Virus record (IMG/VR): IMGVR_UViG_2909314774_000001
Strand: one strand, 5' to 3'
From: a virus
Lineage: Duplodnaviria; Heunggongvirae; Uroviricota; Caudoviricetes
DNA: 64,000 nucleotides
This document shows, piece after piece, positions 1 through 11,796 of this stretch. The translations under genes were made by a program, and so were the position numbers. Under the pieces are notes generated by a model. It ran no database searches and had not been told where the DNA came from. It worked only from the letters and a program-made list of their open reading frames with translations. Each line of letters begins with the position of its first letter. Position 1 is the first letter of the stretch.

Positions 1-12
1 TCATTACGTAAA

Positions 13-3000
13 GTGCAATCAGAGCTAAATGATTTCTCTGATTGGGCGACCTATGCAAGCAAAAGCGCAAGCCGCTTTGGTACGGAGGTCAAAGAAGCCT
101 CTGCGTCCGTGAGTGGCATGAATACGCGCCTTAATACCACGACGAAGCGACTCAGTAATTGGGGTGTCACAACGAGTCAGGCTGCCGAGGGACTGAAAAA
201 GGTTCGTGAGCAGATGGACGAAGTTATCGGACGTCAGCAACTGATTAGCAAGCCGGTACGCGTTCGTACATCTGGAAGTGGCGATGGTGGTAGCGGGCGG
301 CGTAGCGGCGCTTCTGGCCATAGCGGTAAAAGTAACGAAGGAGGTATGTTCTCTGGCCTTCGTGGCAACATTTTCCTGCTTGGCGAGATCGGAGATGCAG
401 CCAGAACGGTTACTGACATCATGTTTGGATGGCAGAAGCCTATTGTTGAAGCTGCGGCCGAAATGGAACGTATGCGGGTGATGCTTCGTGGGTTGAATAA
501 GGAGAAGTCTAACCCTGGCCAGGCTGCCGCCGATGACATGAAGTACATCGTAGACATGGCTCAAAATGCGCCGTTCGCGATGCAGGCGTTAACAGATTCC
601 TTCGTGAAGTTTCGTTCTGCTGGCTTAGATCCAACCGATGGCTCTCTGAAGGCGCTGGTGGACTCCGTTGCTCGTTTTGGTGGTGATAGTGAGCTGTTGA
701 AACGTGCGGCTGTGGCCGTTCAGCAGATGTCCGGTAAGGGCGTCGTGTCAATGGAAGAGCTACGTCAGCAATTAGGTGAAGCCGTTCCTAACGCGATGCA
801 GGCAATGGCAGACGCCGCAGGCATCACTATGGGGGAACTGACTAAAGCCGTTGCCAGCGGTACGGTTGAGGCAAAACAGGCGTTGTCTCTGATGTTTGTT
901 GGTCTGCGTGCGGAGAATGAGAACGCAGCGAAAGACATGATGCAAACCTACACAGGTGCGCTGGCGCAACTTCAGACGTCATTCACGTTATTTGCTGATC
1001 GGGTTGGTCAGGCCGGATATCTGGATTCTCTATCGAAGGGGATGAAAGAACTGGCTTCAATCATGAATAGCGCCGAAGGGATTTCGTTTGCCAATTCTTT
1101 AGGTTCGGGGTTAACAACGGCAATCGATGGGTTGCGTCAGCTTGCTCAATGGTTAGCAAAGAACCAAGAGCTGGTAATTAATCTCGGTAAGGTCGTGGCC
1201 GCGATGGTTGCGTTCAAACTGATGCGAGCAGGGATCATGGGGGTAGTTGGCGCTGGGAGCCAGATGGTTAGCACCTTTGCCACGATGGCGACCGCCATAC
1301 AGACTCCATTTAACCTCGGCGCTACAGCAGTAACTCGATTCAATCGTGCGGCACGTATGGGGCTGGCTCCGATCCCCTCTCTTATTTTCGCCATCCGTGG
1401 GGCGATTACGGGGCTTAAAGGCGCTTTTGCTGGATTAACGGCGTTCATTGCAGCAAACCCTATAGGGGCAGCATTTACAGTTGCCACTGTAGCTGTTGCT
1501 GGCCTAATCACGTACATGACCATGCTCCGCAGCGAAACTTCAAAGGTCGTTGACGAGATTAGGAAAATACCAGAAGCGATGACAGCGGCCAAACGTGCAC
1601 AAATGGCCGACCGCGCAGAAAAGCTCGAAAAGCAGATTCTTGCTGATCAACGAGCATTAAAAACTGGTGAGGGTGTTAATTACGTATCTAACTCTGCCGG
1701 TGTTATTACTCACAAAGAGTCGAAGGCTGACATCGAAGCACGCCTGAAAAAAAATCAGGAGGAGTATCAAAAGATAACCGGCACGATAGCTCTTGGTGAC
1801 GGCGCTGTAGCAAAGCGTTTGGCTAAAGAGGCTGCCGAATCTCAGATTGAGAAAATTCGAGCGGAAAACCAGATTTTCGCGGCAACATTCGTGAAAGCCC
1901 GGCAAGAGGCTCTGGATAAGATCCAGAAAATCAATGATGACGGTTCACTTTCAGATGACGAAAAGAACAAGCTATTGGCACCGTTACGTGAAACGGTAAA
2001 CAAAAGCTATCTGGAGCCTGCGCAAAAACTGGTTGATTCACTTTCTTCTCGTAAGAATGCGACCGAGAAGCAAATTGCGACTCTTAATGATCAGCTTGAA
2101 AAAGCCAAAAAGGATGGAAATACCGAGCAGATCCAGAAACTGCAAGGCAGTATTCGTGGTTATCAGGAGCATTTGGAAGCCGTTGCTCAGGAGCTGACTC
2201 AGGCAGAGTTCGAGAGAGATAACGCGGCCAAAACTGGTAAGGGCGTAATGTCAAACCAGGGGACTGTTCTTGGGTTAGGTACAACTGATAAAGCTGCTCA
2301 GAAGGCGCTGGCGCAATATATGCGAAACCAGATGGATTCTGCGACTTATCAACGTACTTTGCCTGACGGCACTCCGATGATGGACTTCGAAGGTAAGCCG
2401 ATTATTGGGCCTAAACAACTCAAGACGCAGCTTAATTTGCAGAAAGCATCCAGCGCCAGCTCTCTGGAGAAAATGAGCGATGAAGAGCGTGCCGCAGCCA
2501 TTGCTGCACTGACTAAAGCTCGTGAACAGGATGCCGCAGCCGCCGAGAAAGCAGCCCAACGATCAGCTAACGCCTCGCAGCGTGCGGCCAAGAAGGAACA
2601 GGCAGCGCAACAGAAACTGGCAGCCGGATACCAGAAGGCTCTGGACAAAGCCGATCAGCTTATGGGGCAAATGGGTGAAAGCTCTAAGGCTACGGTATCG
2701 TTTGATCAGTCTCTTCGCGATACAACGAAATCGCTGACAGATTTGGCTAATGCGGTTCCTAACGAGTTCATCACTCAAGAGATGATCGACAAGGCGAAAA
2801 AACGTCTTGAAGACCTCAAAAATGCGACACCTGAATATCGCGAGATGTTTAATCGCCGCAATGTTGAGCAGATGATCTCCACCTGGGCACCGGAGGCGGA
2901 TTCCATTATTAGTGCTGGCTATACGCCGTCTCGCGAAGAGAAAGTTGCTGATTTCGAAGACACCTACAACCGCAATCTCAAAGCGTTGATAGAACTTCGT

Positions 3001-4224
3001 GATAAGGCGTCTGATCCTAAAGTTGTGGCGCTTTATACAAAGAAAATCAATCAACTGATTGCTGCTGGCAATACCGCGCTTATTAAAGAGACGGGGATTG
3101 CGACGCAGAAGTTGGCACTGGAATACGAAAACCTGGCAGAGCAGATCGAAAGCACCTGGACTGATTTGTTTAGTGGCTTAACTGATGTCCTGACTGATTT
3201 CGTTATTAACGGGAAGATGAGCTTCTCCAGCCTATCTCAGTCCATTTTGAAAGACATCACCAATATGGTCGTGAAGTCGCAGATCACGCTGCCTCTAATG
3301 AACATGTTGGGGATGGGAACCACCGCAGCTGGTAGTTCACAGAGTGGTAATTTGCTGACCGGGGTTGCTTCCGCCGTTGCCAATCAAGGGGTACGAATGG
3401 GCAACACTGTTAACGGCGACAAGTCGGTAGGAGAAGCCACGAAGGAGACGTCCAGTTCGGTAACTGGATTGGGGCAAACGACACAGCAGACCACCAGCGC
3501 AATTGGCACAGCAACAAATGCGATTGGTAGCTGGGTATCAGGGCTATTTGATAGCACCGAAGCCAAAGATGCTGAGACAAAAGCAGTGAAGGATTCCATC
3601 TTCTCGATGCAGAACCTCAGCTCTGTTACCGGTGCTCTGTCTGCCGCGTTTGCAATGCTTGGAGCTAATGCTTCCGGCTCTGGTAATAAGTGGTTGAATT
3701 TCGGCGCGACAGTTGCATCTGGGTTGGTTTCAGTATGGGCTGGTGGTGGATTCGATGGATTGATGTCCGGTTCTTCTGGCTCAACTTCCGGGTTCAACAA
3801 TCTGACCAGTTCTGCTGCCGATGGCACGAATGGTATTCCTGCAATTCCGAAGTTTGCAAATGGTGGCATATTCGGAAAAGACGGCGTGATCCCGCTCCGG
3901 GCATACCAGAAAGGCGGTATCGCCAACTCACCTCAATTGGCGTTGTTTGGGGAAGGCGATATGAATGAGGCGTATGTTCCATTGCCTGATGGTCGAACAA
4001 TCCCTGTAACGCTCAGTACCGATGGTATGAGTGGAGGAGGAAATGTTCTTTCTCCGGTATCAATTGAGATCAACGTCCATAGTGACGGTAGCACAACTGA
4101 ATCCGGCGATACAGAAAGCATATGGAACAATGCCGCTCAACGGATGAAAGCAATCGCGCTTGAGACTATCGCTCAAGAGAAACGCCCTGGCGGATCACTC
4201 AACCCAAACACTCAACGTAACTAA
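13..4224 (+). CDS. tail tape measure protein (lambda gpH-like)
   Basis: 1403-aa ORF directly upstream of M/L/K/I/J homologues; long alpha-helical Ala/Gln/Lys-rich body, internal hydrophobic segments, Gly-rich C-terminal region. In-frame TAA at 10-12 means the gene starts inside the window; exact start (GTG at 13 or a later ATG) uncertain. Confidence 0.8.
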   Translation: MQSELNDFSDWATYASKSASRFGTEVKEASASVSGMNTRLNTTTKRLSNWGVTTSQAAEGLKKVREQMDEVIGRQQLISKPVRVRTSGSGDGGSGRRSGASGHSGKSNEGGMFSGLRGNIFLLGEIGDAARTVTDIMFGWQKPIVEAAAEMERMRVMLRGLNKEKSNPGQAAADDMKYIVDMAQNAPFAMQALTDSFVKFRSAGLDPTDGSLKALVDSVARFGGDSELLKRAAVAVQQMSGKGVVSMEELRQQLGEAVPNAMQAMADAAGITMGELTKAVASGTVEAKQALSLMFVGLRAENENAAKDMMQTYTGALAQLQTSFTLFADRVGQAGYLDSLSKGMKELASIMNSAEGISFANSLGSGLTTAIDGLRQLAQWLAKNQELVINLGKVVAAMVAFKLMRAGIMGVVGAGSQMVSTFATMATAIQTPFNLGATAVTRFNRAARMGLAPIPSLIFAIRGAITGLKGAFAGLTAFIAANPIGAAFTVATVAVAGLITYMTMLRSETSKVVDEIRKIPEAMTAAKRAQMADRAEKLEKQILADQRALKTGEGVNYVSNSAGVITHKESKADIEARLKKNQEEYQKITGTIALGDGAVAKRLAKEAAESQIEKIRAENQIFAATFVKARQEALDKIQKINDDGSLSDDEKNKLLAPLRETVNKSYLEPAQKLVDSLSSRKNATEKQIATLNDQLEKAKKDGNTEQIQKLQGSIRGYQEHLEAVAQELTQAEFERDNAAKTGKGVMSNQGTVLGLGTTDKAAQKALAQYMRNQMDSATYQRTLPDGTPMMDFEGKPIIGPKQLKTQLNLQKASSASSLEKMSDEERAAAIAALTKAREQDAAAAEKAAQRSANASQRAAKKEQAAQQKLAAGYQKALDKADQLMGQMGESSKATVSFDQSLRDTTKSLTDLANAVPNEFITQEMIDKAKKRLEDLKNATPEYREMFNRRNVEQMISTWAPEADSIISAGYTPSREEKVADFEDTYNRNLKALIELRDKASDPKVVALYTKKINQLIAAGNTALIKETGIATQKLALEYENLAEQIESTWTDLFSGLTDVLTDFVINGKMSFSSLSQSILKDITNMVVKSQITLPLMNMLGMGTTAAGSSQSGNLLTGVASAVANQGVRMGNTVNGDKSVGEATKETSSSVTGLGQTTQQTTSAIGTATNAIGSWVSGLFDSTEAKDAETKAVKDSIFSMQNLSSVTGALSAAFAMLGANASGSGNKWLNFGATVASGLVSVWAGGGFDGLMSGSSGSTSGFNNLTSSAADGTNGIPAIPKFANGGIFGKDGVIPLRAYQKGGIANSPQLALFGEGDMNEAYVPLPDGRTIPVTLSTDGMSGGGNVLSPVSIEINVHSDGSTTESGDTESIWNNAAQRMKAIALETIAQEKRPGGSLNPNTQRN

Positions 4225-4266
4225 CTATCGACTGCCCCGACCGGGGCAGTCTCACAAGGATGTGAG

Positions 4267-4602
4267 ATGGAAAGACAAACGTTTAATTGGTATCCAGATT
4301 ACGAATCTGAAAAAAGCGTAAAACCGAATGTAACGATACTTAATTTTGGTGATGACTACGAGCAGCGACAGGCTCAAGGTCTTAATCGTATTAAAGAAGA
4401 ATGGTCGTTAACCTTTACCAGATCATACAACGAAATTAATGCAATCGATGACTTCCTGACTGAGCGAGCAGGCGTTGAGTCGTTCTATTGGGTTAATCCA
4501 AGAGGAAAACGGATTGTAGTTGTATGTGACAGTCATACGGTCAAGCGATATCAGGGGTACTGTGTCTTAACTGCTACATTCAGACAAGTATTTGAGGCTT
4601 AA
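4267..4602 (+). CDS. minor tail protein M (lambda gpM-like)
   Basis: 111 aa, same size and position as lambda gpM; recalled similarity (FGDGY/FGDDYEQR segment, W-containing C-terminal half). Confidence 0.7.
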   Translation: MERQTFNWYPDYESEKSVKPNVTILNFGDDYEQRQAQGLNRIKEEWSLTFTRSYNEINAIDDFLTERAGVESFYWVNPRGKRIVVVCDSHTVKRYQGYCVLTATFRQVFEA

Positions 4603-4684
4603 GTATCTGGATAAGTAAGTACTAATTTACTATCATTGTGGCGCTGACAGGATGTTAGCGCCTACTTATTTCAAGGATGAAACA

Positions 4685-5383
4685 ATGGGAATTAAAGCTG
4701 ATATTCAGAGCTTATCTCCCTCTGCACTCATTGAGTTGTTCGTACTGGATATGTCGAACACAACTTCAGGGGGGAAGCTATTCTTCCACGCCGGAACAAA
4801 CGAACTGATGCAACCGGTCGTCTGGCAAGGAGTGACATACGAGCCGTGGCCAATCAAAGCATCAGGCTTTGACAAAACTGGCCAGGGAACGTTGCCACGT
4901 CCAAAAATTCAGGTATCGAACTTTGCCGGAACTGTCTCTGCGGAAGTTCAGGCAAACGACGATCTTGTTGGCTGCCGCATTATTCGCAAGATGACACTGG
5001 CTCGCTTCCTCGATGCCGTTAATTTTAAAGACGGCAACCCAACAGCAGATCCAAACCAACATTTCCCGGATGAAATGTGGTTTATCGAACAGAAAACTCT
5101 CGAAACTCATCAGGTTGTCGAGTTTGAATTGTCCAGTGTGTTCGATTTGATGGGGGTGCAACTGCCGTATCGTCAGATCATTAAAAACACCTGCCCGTGG
5201 AAATACCGAGGGCCAGAATGCGGCTATACCGGTCCATATTTCGACAAAAATAACCAGCAGACGTCTATGTCTGGTGCGGATTACTGCACAAAACGTTATG
5301 ACGCCTGTAATGCGCGTCGGAATTATTTTGCCGACGGTGTGATCCATTTTGGCGGATTTATTGGAGCTACGCGGTATGGGTAA
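4685..5383 (+). CDS. minor tail protein L (lambda gpL-like)
   Basis: Strong recalled similarity to lambda gpL (WQGxxYxPxPI, ARFLDAVNF, NTCxWxYRGxECGY, FGGF). Start chosen at ATG 4685 (AAGGA RBS 7 nt upstream) rather than ORF-track start 4652. Confidence 0.8.
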   Translation: MGIKADIQSLSPSALIELFVLDMSNTTSGGKLFFHAGTNELMQPVVWQGVTYEPWPIKASGFDKTGQGTLPRPKIQVSNFAGTVSAEVQANDDLVGCRIIRKMTLARFLDAVNFKDGNPTADPNQHFPDEMWFIEQKTLETHQVVEFELSSVFDLMGVQLPYRQIIKNTCPWKYRGPECGYTGPYFDKNNQQTSMSGADYCTKRYDACNARRNYFADGVIHFGGFIGATRYG

Positions 5384-6173
5384 TAAAGCAATCCCTGAGC
5401 TTGGCTCTGACGTTATGCAGCAAATCTATCTCTGCGCCATAAATCGCTACCCTAATGAAGCGTGTGGCTTTCTGGTTAGAACTAATGGCGACAAATATCG
5501 CTTTATGGAAGCGCGGAATGTTTCGGAGAACCCGCAGAACACTTTTGTAATGCACGTTGACGACATTATGGCGGCAGAGGATGCGGGTGATGTTATCGCA
5601 ATCTGGCATTCACATACTGATGAATCAGCAGAAGCATCTGATGCCGATCGTGCAGGCTGCGAAGCGACGGAAGTTCCGTGGATGATTCTGGCTATTCGCA
5701 AGAATGTTGAGGGAGATGCCCCTTTCCATTTTAGCGAGATGAATGTGATCACACCTGATGGTTTCGAAATGCCATACCTGGGCAGACCGTATGTATTTGG
5801 CGTATTCGATTGCTGGATGTTGTGTCGGGACTATTTGAAGCGTGAGTTTAACGTCGAACTAAACCCGAACGCACACCTGCATATTCCATCGTGGTACACC
5901 GGCGATAACGACATTCTCGATCAGAACTACCGTAACGAGGGATTGGTGCGTCTTGCGCCCGGAACAGAGCCTCAACGTGGGGACATCTTCTTTATCCAAT
6001 ACGGGAAAATGCCTGACCACTGCGCGGTTTATATCGGCGATGGAATGATTCTTCATCACCAGATCGACCGCCTTAGTTGTCGTGCTTATTACGGCGGAAT
6101 GTATCAGAAACATACGACGCATCACTTGCGTCACAGAGACTTGCTCAAGGGAGATGAGACGTGTCTGAGTTAG
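5376..6173 (+). CDS. tail assembly protein K (MPN/JAMM plus NlpC/P60 domains, lambda gpK-like)
   Basis: ACGF...HSHT...S.ADR JAMM-like motif followed by FDCWML and HCAVYIGDG.LHH NlpC/P60-like region; first ATG at 5376 overlaps the stop of L. Confidence 0.8.
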   Translation: MGNKAIPELGSDVMQQIYLCAINRYPNEACGFLVRTNGDKYRFMEARNVSENPQNTFVMHVDDIMAAEDAGDVIAIWHSHTDESAEASDADRAGCEATEVPWMILAIRKNVEGDAPFHFSEMNVITPDGFEMPYLGRPYVFGVFDCWMLCRDYLKREFNVELNPNAHLHIPSWYTGDNDILDQNYRNEGLVRLAPGTEPQRGDIFFIQYGKMPDHCAVYIGDGMILHHQIDRLSCRAYYGGMYQKHTTHHLRHRDLLKGDETCLS

Positions 6174-6754
6174 TTCATGTGCAGCTTGGCGGCCCTATGG
6201 CCAAACATTTTGGCCGCCACTGGCATCTAAAGGTGCGCAATACAAAACAGGCTCTGGATTTAATTGAGGCCAACAAGCCTGGGTTTAAAGCATGGATGAA
6301 GCGCAATATCAAAACCTATGACCGTTACCACATCCAGATCACCAATAAACAGGGCCACAAGTGGTCTGTTGACGAAAGTGAATATCAGATGATGGGGCAG
6401 TCTGACAACATTGCCAAAATCCGCATTACACCTGTTCCGCGAGGAAGCGGTGGATCTGCTTTTGGGTGGTTTCAGACGGTAGTAGGGGCCGCTTTGTTGG
6501 TTGTATCGGCGGTAGTGATGCCTGCTTTAGCACCTATCGGTTTGTCACTGATGATGGGCGGCATATCACAAATCATATCGCCGCAAGCCACTAACGAAAG
6601 TGTGAGACAGGCAGATAACTCGAACTCTTATTATTTCGACGGCCCTCAAAATACAGAAAACCAGGGCAACCCAGTACAACTTATCTATGGCGAGGAAATT
6701 CTGGTTGGCTCACAGGTTGTGAGTTCTTCAATCACGATTGACCAGCTAATGTAA
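6161..6754 (+). CDS. tail assembly protein I (lambda gpI-like)
   Basis: 197 aa between K and J homologues, GTG start overlapping K stop, hydrophobic C-terminal half as in lambda gpI. Confidence 0.65.
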   Translation: MSELVHVQLGGPMAKHFGRHWHLKVRNTKQALDLIEANKPGFKAWMKRNIKTYDRYHIQITNKQGHKWSVDESEYQMMGQSDNIAKIRITPVPRGSGGSAFGWFQTVVGAALLVVSAVVMPALAPIGLSLMMGGISQIISPQATNESVRQADNSNSYYFDGPQNTENQGNPVQLIYGEEILVGSQVVSSSITIDQLM

Positions 6755-9700
6755 ACAAGGATTTTTTTGAACATGGAACAGTTCAAGAAGAAAAAGTTAC
6801 CGCTGTTTATTGCAGGTGCGGGTGGTAAAAAAAGCAGCAAAAGCTCTAGCCGTACACCGGTTGAAGCCGACGATACCGTAAATTCTCGTGCAATGGCCGC
6901 TATCCTCGATCTTCTTGGGGAAGGTGTAATTGGCGGCTTGGTAAATGGCGCAAGATCTATTTTTGTCGACGATCTGCCGATTGTAAATGAAGACGGTTCC
7001 TCCAACTTCAGCGGAATCACATGGGATTTTCGCGACGGTTCGCAAGACCAGACTCCAATGTCTGGCTTTGATTTCGTTGAAACGCCTAAATCCGTCAATA
7101 TCCAGTTAAAAAAAACACATTATGTAACGGTTTCAATCGATAACGATGAAGCTGATCGGGTTCGTGTCATCATGAAGTTTCCTTCTTTGCGAAGCATAGA
7201 TAAAAAAACTGGTGACACGAACGGTACAACCGTTGAGTACAAGTTCCAGATAGCAAATGGCGACTCAACATTTGTAGATGTGGTCGCAGAAGGTGAAAAA
7301 AGCGTTGGCATTAAGCTAACAGCAAAGAAGACAGGTGTTTATTACCGTAGCTATGAGCTGAAGCTGCCTAAGCCTGGACGCGCGTACAAGGTTCGTGTAG
7401 TCCGTATTACCGATGATAACAGCAGCCAGTATCTCTATAACGATACATGGGTGGACTCAATAGGTGAGATTGTAGATACACCGATGAACTACCCAAACTC
7501 TGTGCTGGTGGGTCTGAAGGTTAATTCTGAGCAGTTTGGTAGCACCATGCCATCTCGTTCGTATTTGGTACGTGGATTAAAAATTCGCGTGCCGTCAAAC
7601 TACAACGAGGCCAGCAACACTTATGATGGTGTATGGGATGGCACTTTTAAGCTGTTGTCTTCTTCAAACCCCGCGTGGATTCTCTTTGATTTGCTTACCA
7701 ATGCTCGATATGGCCTTGGTCAGTATGTGTCGGAATCTATGATTGACCTCGGCCAGCTATACCAGATCGGTCGATATTGTGACGAAGAGGTTGATGATGG
7801 CTTTGGTGGTAAAGAGAAACGCTTTGCAATCAATACGCAGATCACCAGTCGACAGGACGCATACCGATTAATTCAGGATATTGCCGGTGCATTCCGCGGT
7901 ATGGTGTTTTGGGCTGGTGGCATGGTTAACATCATGCAGGATAGCCCATCAGATCCGGTAATGATGTTTACCAACTCTAACGTCAAAGATGGATTGTTTA
8001 CCTATAAAGGTTCTGCGCGTAAAGATCGCCCATCCGTTGCGCTCGTAACCTACAACAACAAGGAGGACGGTTATAAGCAAAACATCGAGTACGTTGAAGA
8101 TCAGGACGCAATGCGCCGTTATGGTGAGCGTAAGACAGAAGTCGTAGCATTTGGCTGTACAAGCCGAGGGCAGGCTCACCGAGTTGGTTTGTGGCTTTTA
8201 TATACCGCCAGAATGGAGTCGGATGTAATTACATTTACTGCCGGCTTAGACGCGTCATTTCTGATGCCTGGTGAAACCGTTCTGATTCAGAACAAATATC
8301 GCGCAGGCAAACGTAACTCAGGTCGAATTGTGGCGTTTACCAAAAACAGCGTCACACTCGATGCGCCGGTGTCGTTAGCCAAAGGCGGCTGCTTTATTCG
8401 AATACTGAATCAGGAAGGCAAAATCGTTGAACGCGATGTTCTTGAAACTGGCGAAAATATAACAAAAGTTACGTTTTCAAAATCCCTGTCTTCGGCTGAA
8501 ACGCCTGTTTTGAACGGCGTCTGGACTATTACAGAACCAGACCTCGAACCTATGCGCGTTCGCATCGTTAACATCGCGCAGGGGGAAACGCCGGGTAGCT
8601 TTGACATCACCGCTGTTGAGAACAATCCGTCTAAATATGAGGCAATCGACAATGGTGCAACGCTGATCCCGCAGAATACGACGGTATTGGACCCAACTTA
8701 CTCCAAGCCATCTAATCTGCAAATCACTGAAGGGACTTATCTCTCAAGCCCGGGCAACCTGTCAGTAAAACTGACTGCAACATGGGAAGGGAAATCTCCA
8801 GAGTATTGGATCAGTTGGCGACGTTCTGATGAAAACAATGTATCGAACTGGCAATCGGCGCGTGTAACCGAAGAGCAATACGAAATCGTTAATGTCGCGG
8901 AGAATGGACGCTACGACTTCCAACTGTATGCGGTTTCATTCAACGGTAAAAAAACAGAAATTATCAGTACCGTTTATCAGGTGCTGGGCACAATGACACC
9001 GCCGGATGCACCAACGTCATTAACGGCCGTTGGAGACTATCGTAATGTGATACTGAATTGGGTTAATCCAGATTCGGTGGACCTTGATCACATTAATGTT
9101 TACGCATCCCAGACCAACAATCTGGATACGGCGAAACTGATCGCAGAGTCTGCAAGCACCACCTTTACACATGCTGGTCTTGGGGATAGCGAAACGTGGT
9201 ATTACTGGGTTCGAGCATCGAACAAGCGAGGTATGTTAAGTCCTCCGAACTCAAACTTGGGTACAGAGGCGACAACTCGCGATGTACTGTCGTTCCTGAC
9301 TGGCAAAATTACATCTTCCGAGCTTGGTCAGGCTCTGCTTGAGGACATCAACAGCAAAGCCTCTCAAGAAGCAGTTGACGAGTTAAATGAGCATATCAAC
9401 CAGAGCGTCGAATCTTTGGAGGGGGCGGTAAACGACGTTAAGGAAGATATAGCTGAATTAGATAAGCAGTTCAGCGATAACCTCGCGGATTTTGAAATAA
9501 AATTCAACGAGCGTAGCGATGCTTTGGAGAACGCACAAACCGAGCTTAAAGGTGAGGTTTCGGCAACGATTGACAAGGTCAATGAAGCGTTTGAAAAAAT
9601 TGATGCTACTGATGCTGCAATTGTTGAAATCGAAAACACCGTATCTGAACACGATAAAGCTCTCGCTAATACAGTCGAGGCAATAAAGGCTGCAAGAGAT

Positions 9701-10041
9701 GAAGCGGCGGCTCTTATTGCTAAGGAAAGCGAGGCTCGTGTTGAAGGCGATGCTGCAAACGCTAAACAACTGGAAGTGTTGCAGTCAACGGTAGAGGAAA
9801 GCTCCGCTGCCGTTGAAGAAATGAAAAAGACGGTTGCAGAGGTCGATCGTGCCAGTGCAGAACTGACTACGAACATTGAGGCGTTAGCCAAAACAAATAT
9901 TGACCTGGCTCTTCGTCAAGATGAAGACCAGCACAAGCAGATGGTCAATAACGCGAAGATCGCAACAACACAGAAAACCTTTGCTGATGATATGTCTGCA
10001 ATGGCCACGAAGGTTGAGGAAATTCGGGTAATGACTCCAAC

Positions 10042-10545
10042 TTACTGATAGTGTTTTATGTTCAGATAATGCCCGATGACTTTGTCATGCAGCTCCACCG
10101 ATTTTGAGAACGACAGTGACTTCCGTCCCAGCCTTGCCAGATGTTGTCTCAGATTCAGGTTATGTCGCTCAATGCGCTGAGTGTAACGCTTGCTGATTAC
10201 GTGCAGCTTTCCCTTCAGGCGGGATTCATACAGCGGCCAGCCATCCGTCATCCATACCACGACCTCAAAGGCCGACAGCAGGCTCAGAAGACGCTCCAGT
10301 GTGGCCAGAGTGCGTTCACCGAAGACGTGCGCCACAACCGTCCTCCGTATCCTGTCATACGCGTAAAACAGCCAGCGCTGACGTGATTTAGCACCGACGT
10401 AGCCCCACTGTTCGTCCATTTCAGCGCAGACAATCACATCACTGCCCGGCTGTATGCGCGAGGTTACCGACTGCGGCCTGAGTTTTTTAAGTGACGTAAA
10501 ATCGTGTTGAGGCCAACGCCCATAATGCGGGCGGTTGCCCGGCAT
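10042..10545 (-). CDS. insB: IS1 InsB (transposase made as InsAB' by -1 frameshift)
   Basis: 167-aa frame matching IS1 InsB; the A6C slippery motif (TTAAAAAACTC on the coding strand) lies at 10481-10491 in the insA/insB overlap. Confidence 0.9.
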   Translation of the reverse strand: MPGNRPHYGRWPQHDFTSLKKLRPQSVTSRIQPGSDVIVCAEMDEQWGYVGAKSRQRWLFYAYDRIRRTVVAHVFGERTLATLERLLSLLSAFEVVVWMTDGWPLYESRLKGKLHVISKRYTQRIERHNLNLRQHLARLGRKSLSFSKSVELHDKVIGHYLNIKHYQ

Positions 10546-10739
10546 CCAACACCATTCATGGCCATATCAATGATTTTCTGGTGTGTACCGGGTTGAGAAG
10601 CGGTGTAAGTGAACTGCAGTTGCCATGTTTTACGGCAGTGAGAGCAGAGATAGCGCTGATGTCCGGCAGTACTTTTACCGTTACGCACCACGCCTTCAGT
10701 AGCTGAGCAGGAGGGACAACTGATGGAGATGGAAGCCAC
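10464..10739 (-). CDS. insA: IS1 InsA transposition regulator
   Basis: 91 aa [40 protein letters not shown]..., near-identical to canonical IS1 InsA as recalled; zinc finger CPSC...CSHC. Confidence 0.93.
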   Translation of the reverse strand: MASISISCPSCSATEGVVRNGKSTAGHQRYLCSHCRKTWQLQFTYTASQPGTHQKIIDMAMNGVGCRATARIMGVGLNTILRHLKNSGRSR

Positions 10740-10905
10740 GGGAGCACCTCAAAAACACCATCATACACTAAATCAGTAAGTTGGCACCATTACCGAAATT
10801 CGCGTAGAAATTGGCGAAGACATTAAGGCCAGTATTCTGGAAGAGTCCACCGCTCGTGCCGATGGCGATGAAGCGTTGGCAAAGCGTGTCACTCAGCTGC
10901 AATCT

Positions 10906-11796
10906 AAGTTTGAAGGAGATATCAGCGCGGCGATTAGTACAGAGCAGGAGGCTCGTACATCTGCCGATGAAGCTCTGACGACACAGATCACTCAGCTTGA
11001 GTCGAAAGTAAGCAACGATATCGTCGCAGCTATTAAGGAAGAGCAAGAAGCCCGAGCAACGGAAGATTCGGCTCTGGCAAGCCAGATCACCCAACTTCAG
11101 GCAAAGGTTGATGATGATATTTCTGCTGCAATACGTAGTGAGCAGGAGGCTCGAGCAAGCGGGGACTCTGCGTTAGCCAAACAAATAAACCAGCTTCAGT
11201 CAAAGGTTGACGGTGATATATCCGCTGCCATCACTCAGGAGCAGGAGGCCAGGGCAAGTGCTGACCAGGCGCTCTCACGAGAAATTAACAGCCTGCGAGC
11301 ACAAACCGGAACTGATATTGCCGCAGCGGTTGCTGTAGAGACAAAAGCAAGGACTGATGCCGATAGTGCATTGTCTACCCAGATTACGTCTCTTACAGCA
11401 AAAGCTAATGATCTCGAGGCGTCTCTTGCCAGAGAAACAACGGCTCGTGCAGATGGTGATACCGCTTTAACAAAAGAGGTTTCAAGTTTAAAAGCACAGA
11501 CAGCGAAAGATATTAGTGCGGCCGTTGCAGTTGAAACGCAGGCTCGAACTGATGCTGACTCGGCGTTGTCGTCTCAGATCACCAAGCTGACCTCTCAATA
11601 CAAAGAGGATATTAAAGCGGCTGTAGCAACCGAAACGAAAACGCGTACAGAGCAAGATGCTGCATTGGCGACTCAAATCACAAACTTAGAGTCTCAAACG
11701 GCAGCCAACATTTCCGCGGCGGTAACAACTGAAACGACAGCGAGAACGCAGGCAGATAATGCTTTGAGTGGGCGAATCGATACTCTGAAAGCAGAG
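10906..11796 (+). repeat. nine tandem 99-bp (33-codon) coding repeats inside the J fibre gene
   Basis: Translation shows nine consecutive 33-aa units of the type K-V-D-x-D-I-S-A-A-I-x-x-E-Q-E-A-R-x-S-x-D-x-A-L-x-x-Q-I-T-Q-L-Q-(S/A). Confidence 0.85.

Larger units (their letters stand above)
10027..10794 (-). mobile_element. IS1 family insertion sequence (768 bp) with 8-bp target site duplication
   Basis: Terminal inverted repeats GGTAATGACTCCAACTTACTGAT (10027-) and, on the opposite strand, GGTAATGGTGCCAACTTACTGAT (-10794); flanking direct repeat GAAATTCG at 10019-10026 and 10795-10802; encodes InsA and InsB. Confidence 0.93.

Noticed and set aside
25-4130. Numerous antisense or alternative-frame ORFs inside the tape measure gene (e.g. 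25-564, 1146-1592, 2563-3054, 3384-3926 on the minus strand)
   Set aside because: All are embedded in the 1403-aa tape measure ORF, which has clear module context; no independent RBS or motif support.
4231-4250. Hairpin ACTGCCCC-GACC-GGGGCAGT after the tape measure stop as an intrinsic terminator
   Set aside because: No downstream T-tract and the next tail gene starts 17 nt later in an operon-like arrangement; more likely a structural RNA element or coincidence.
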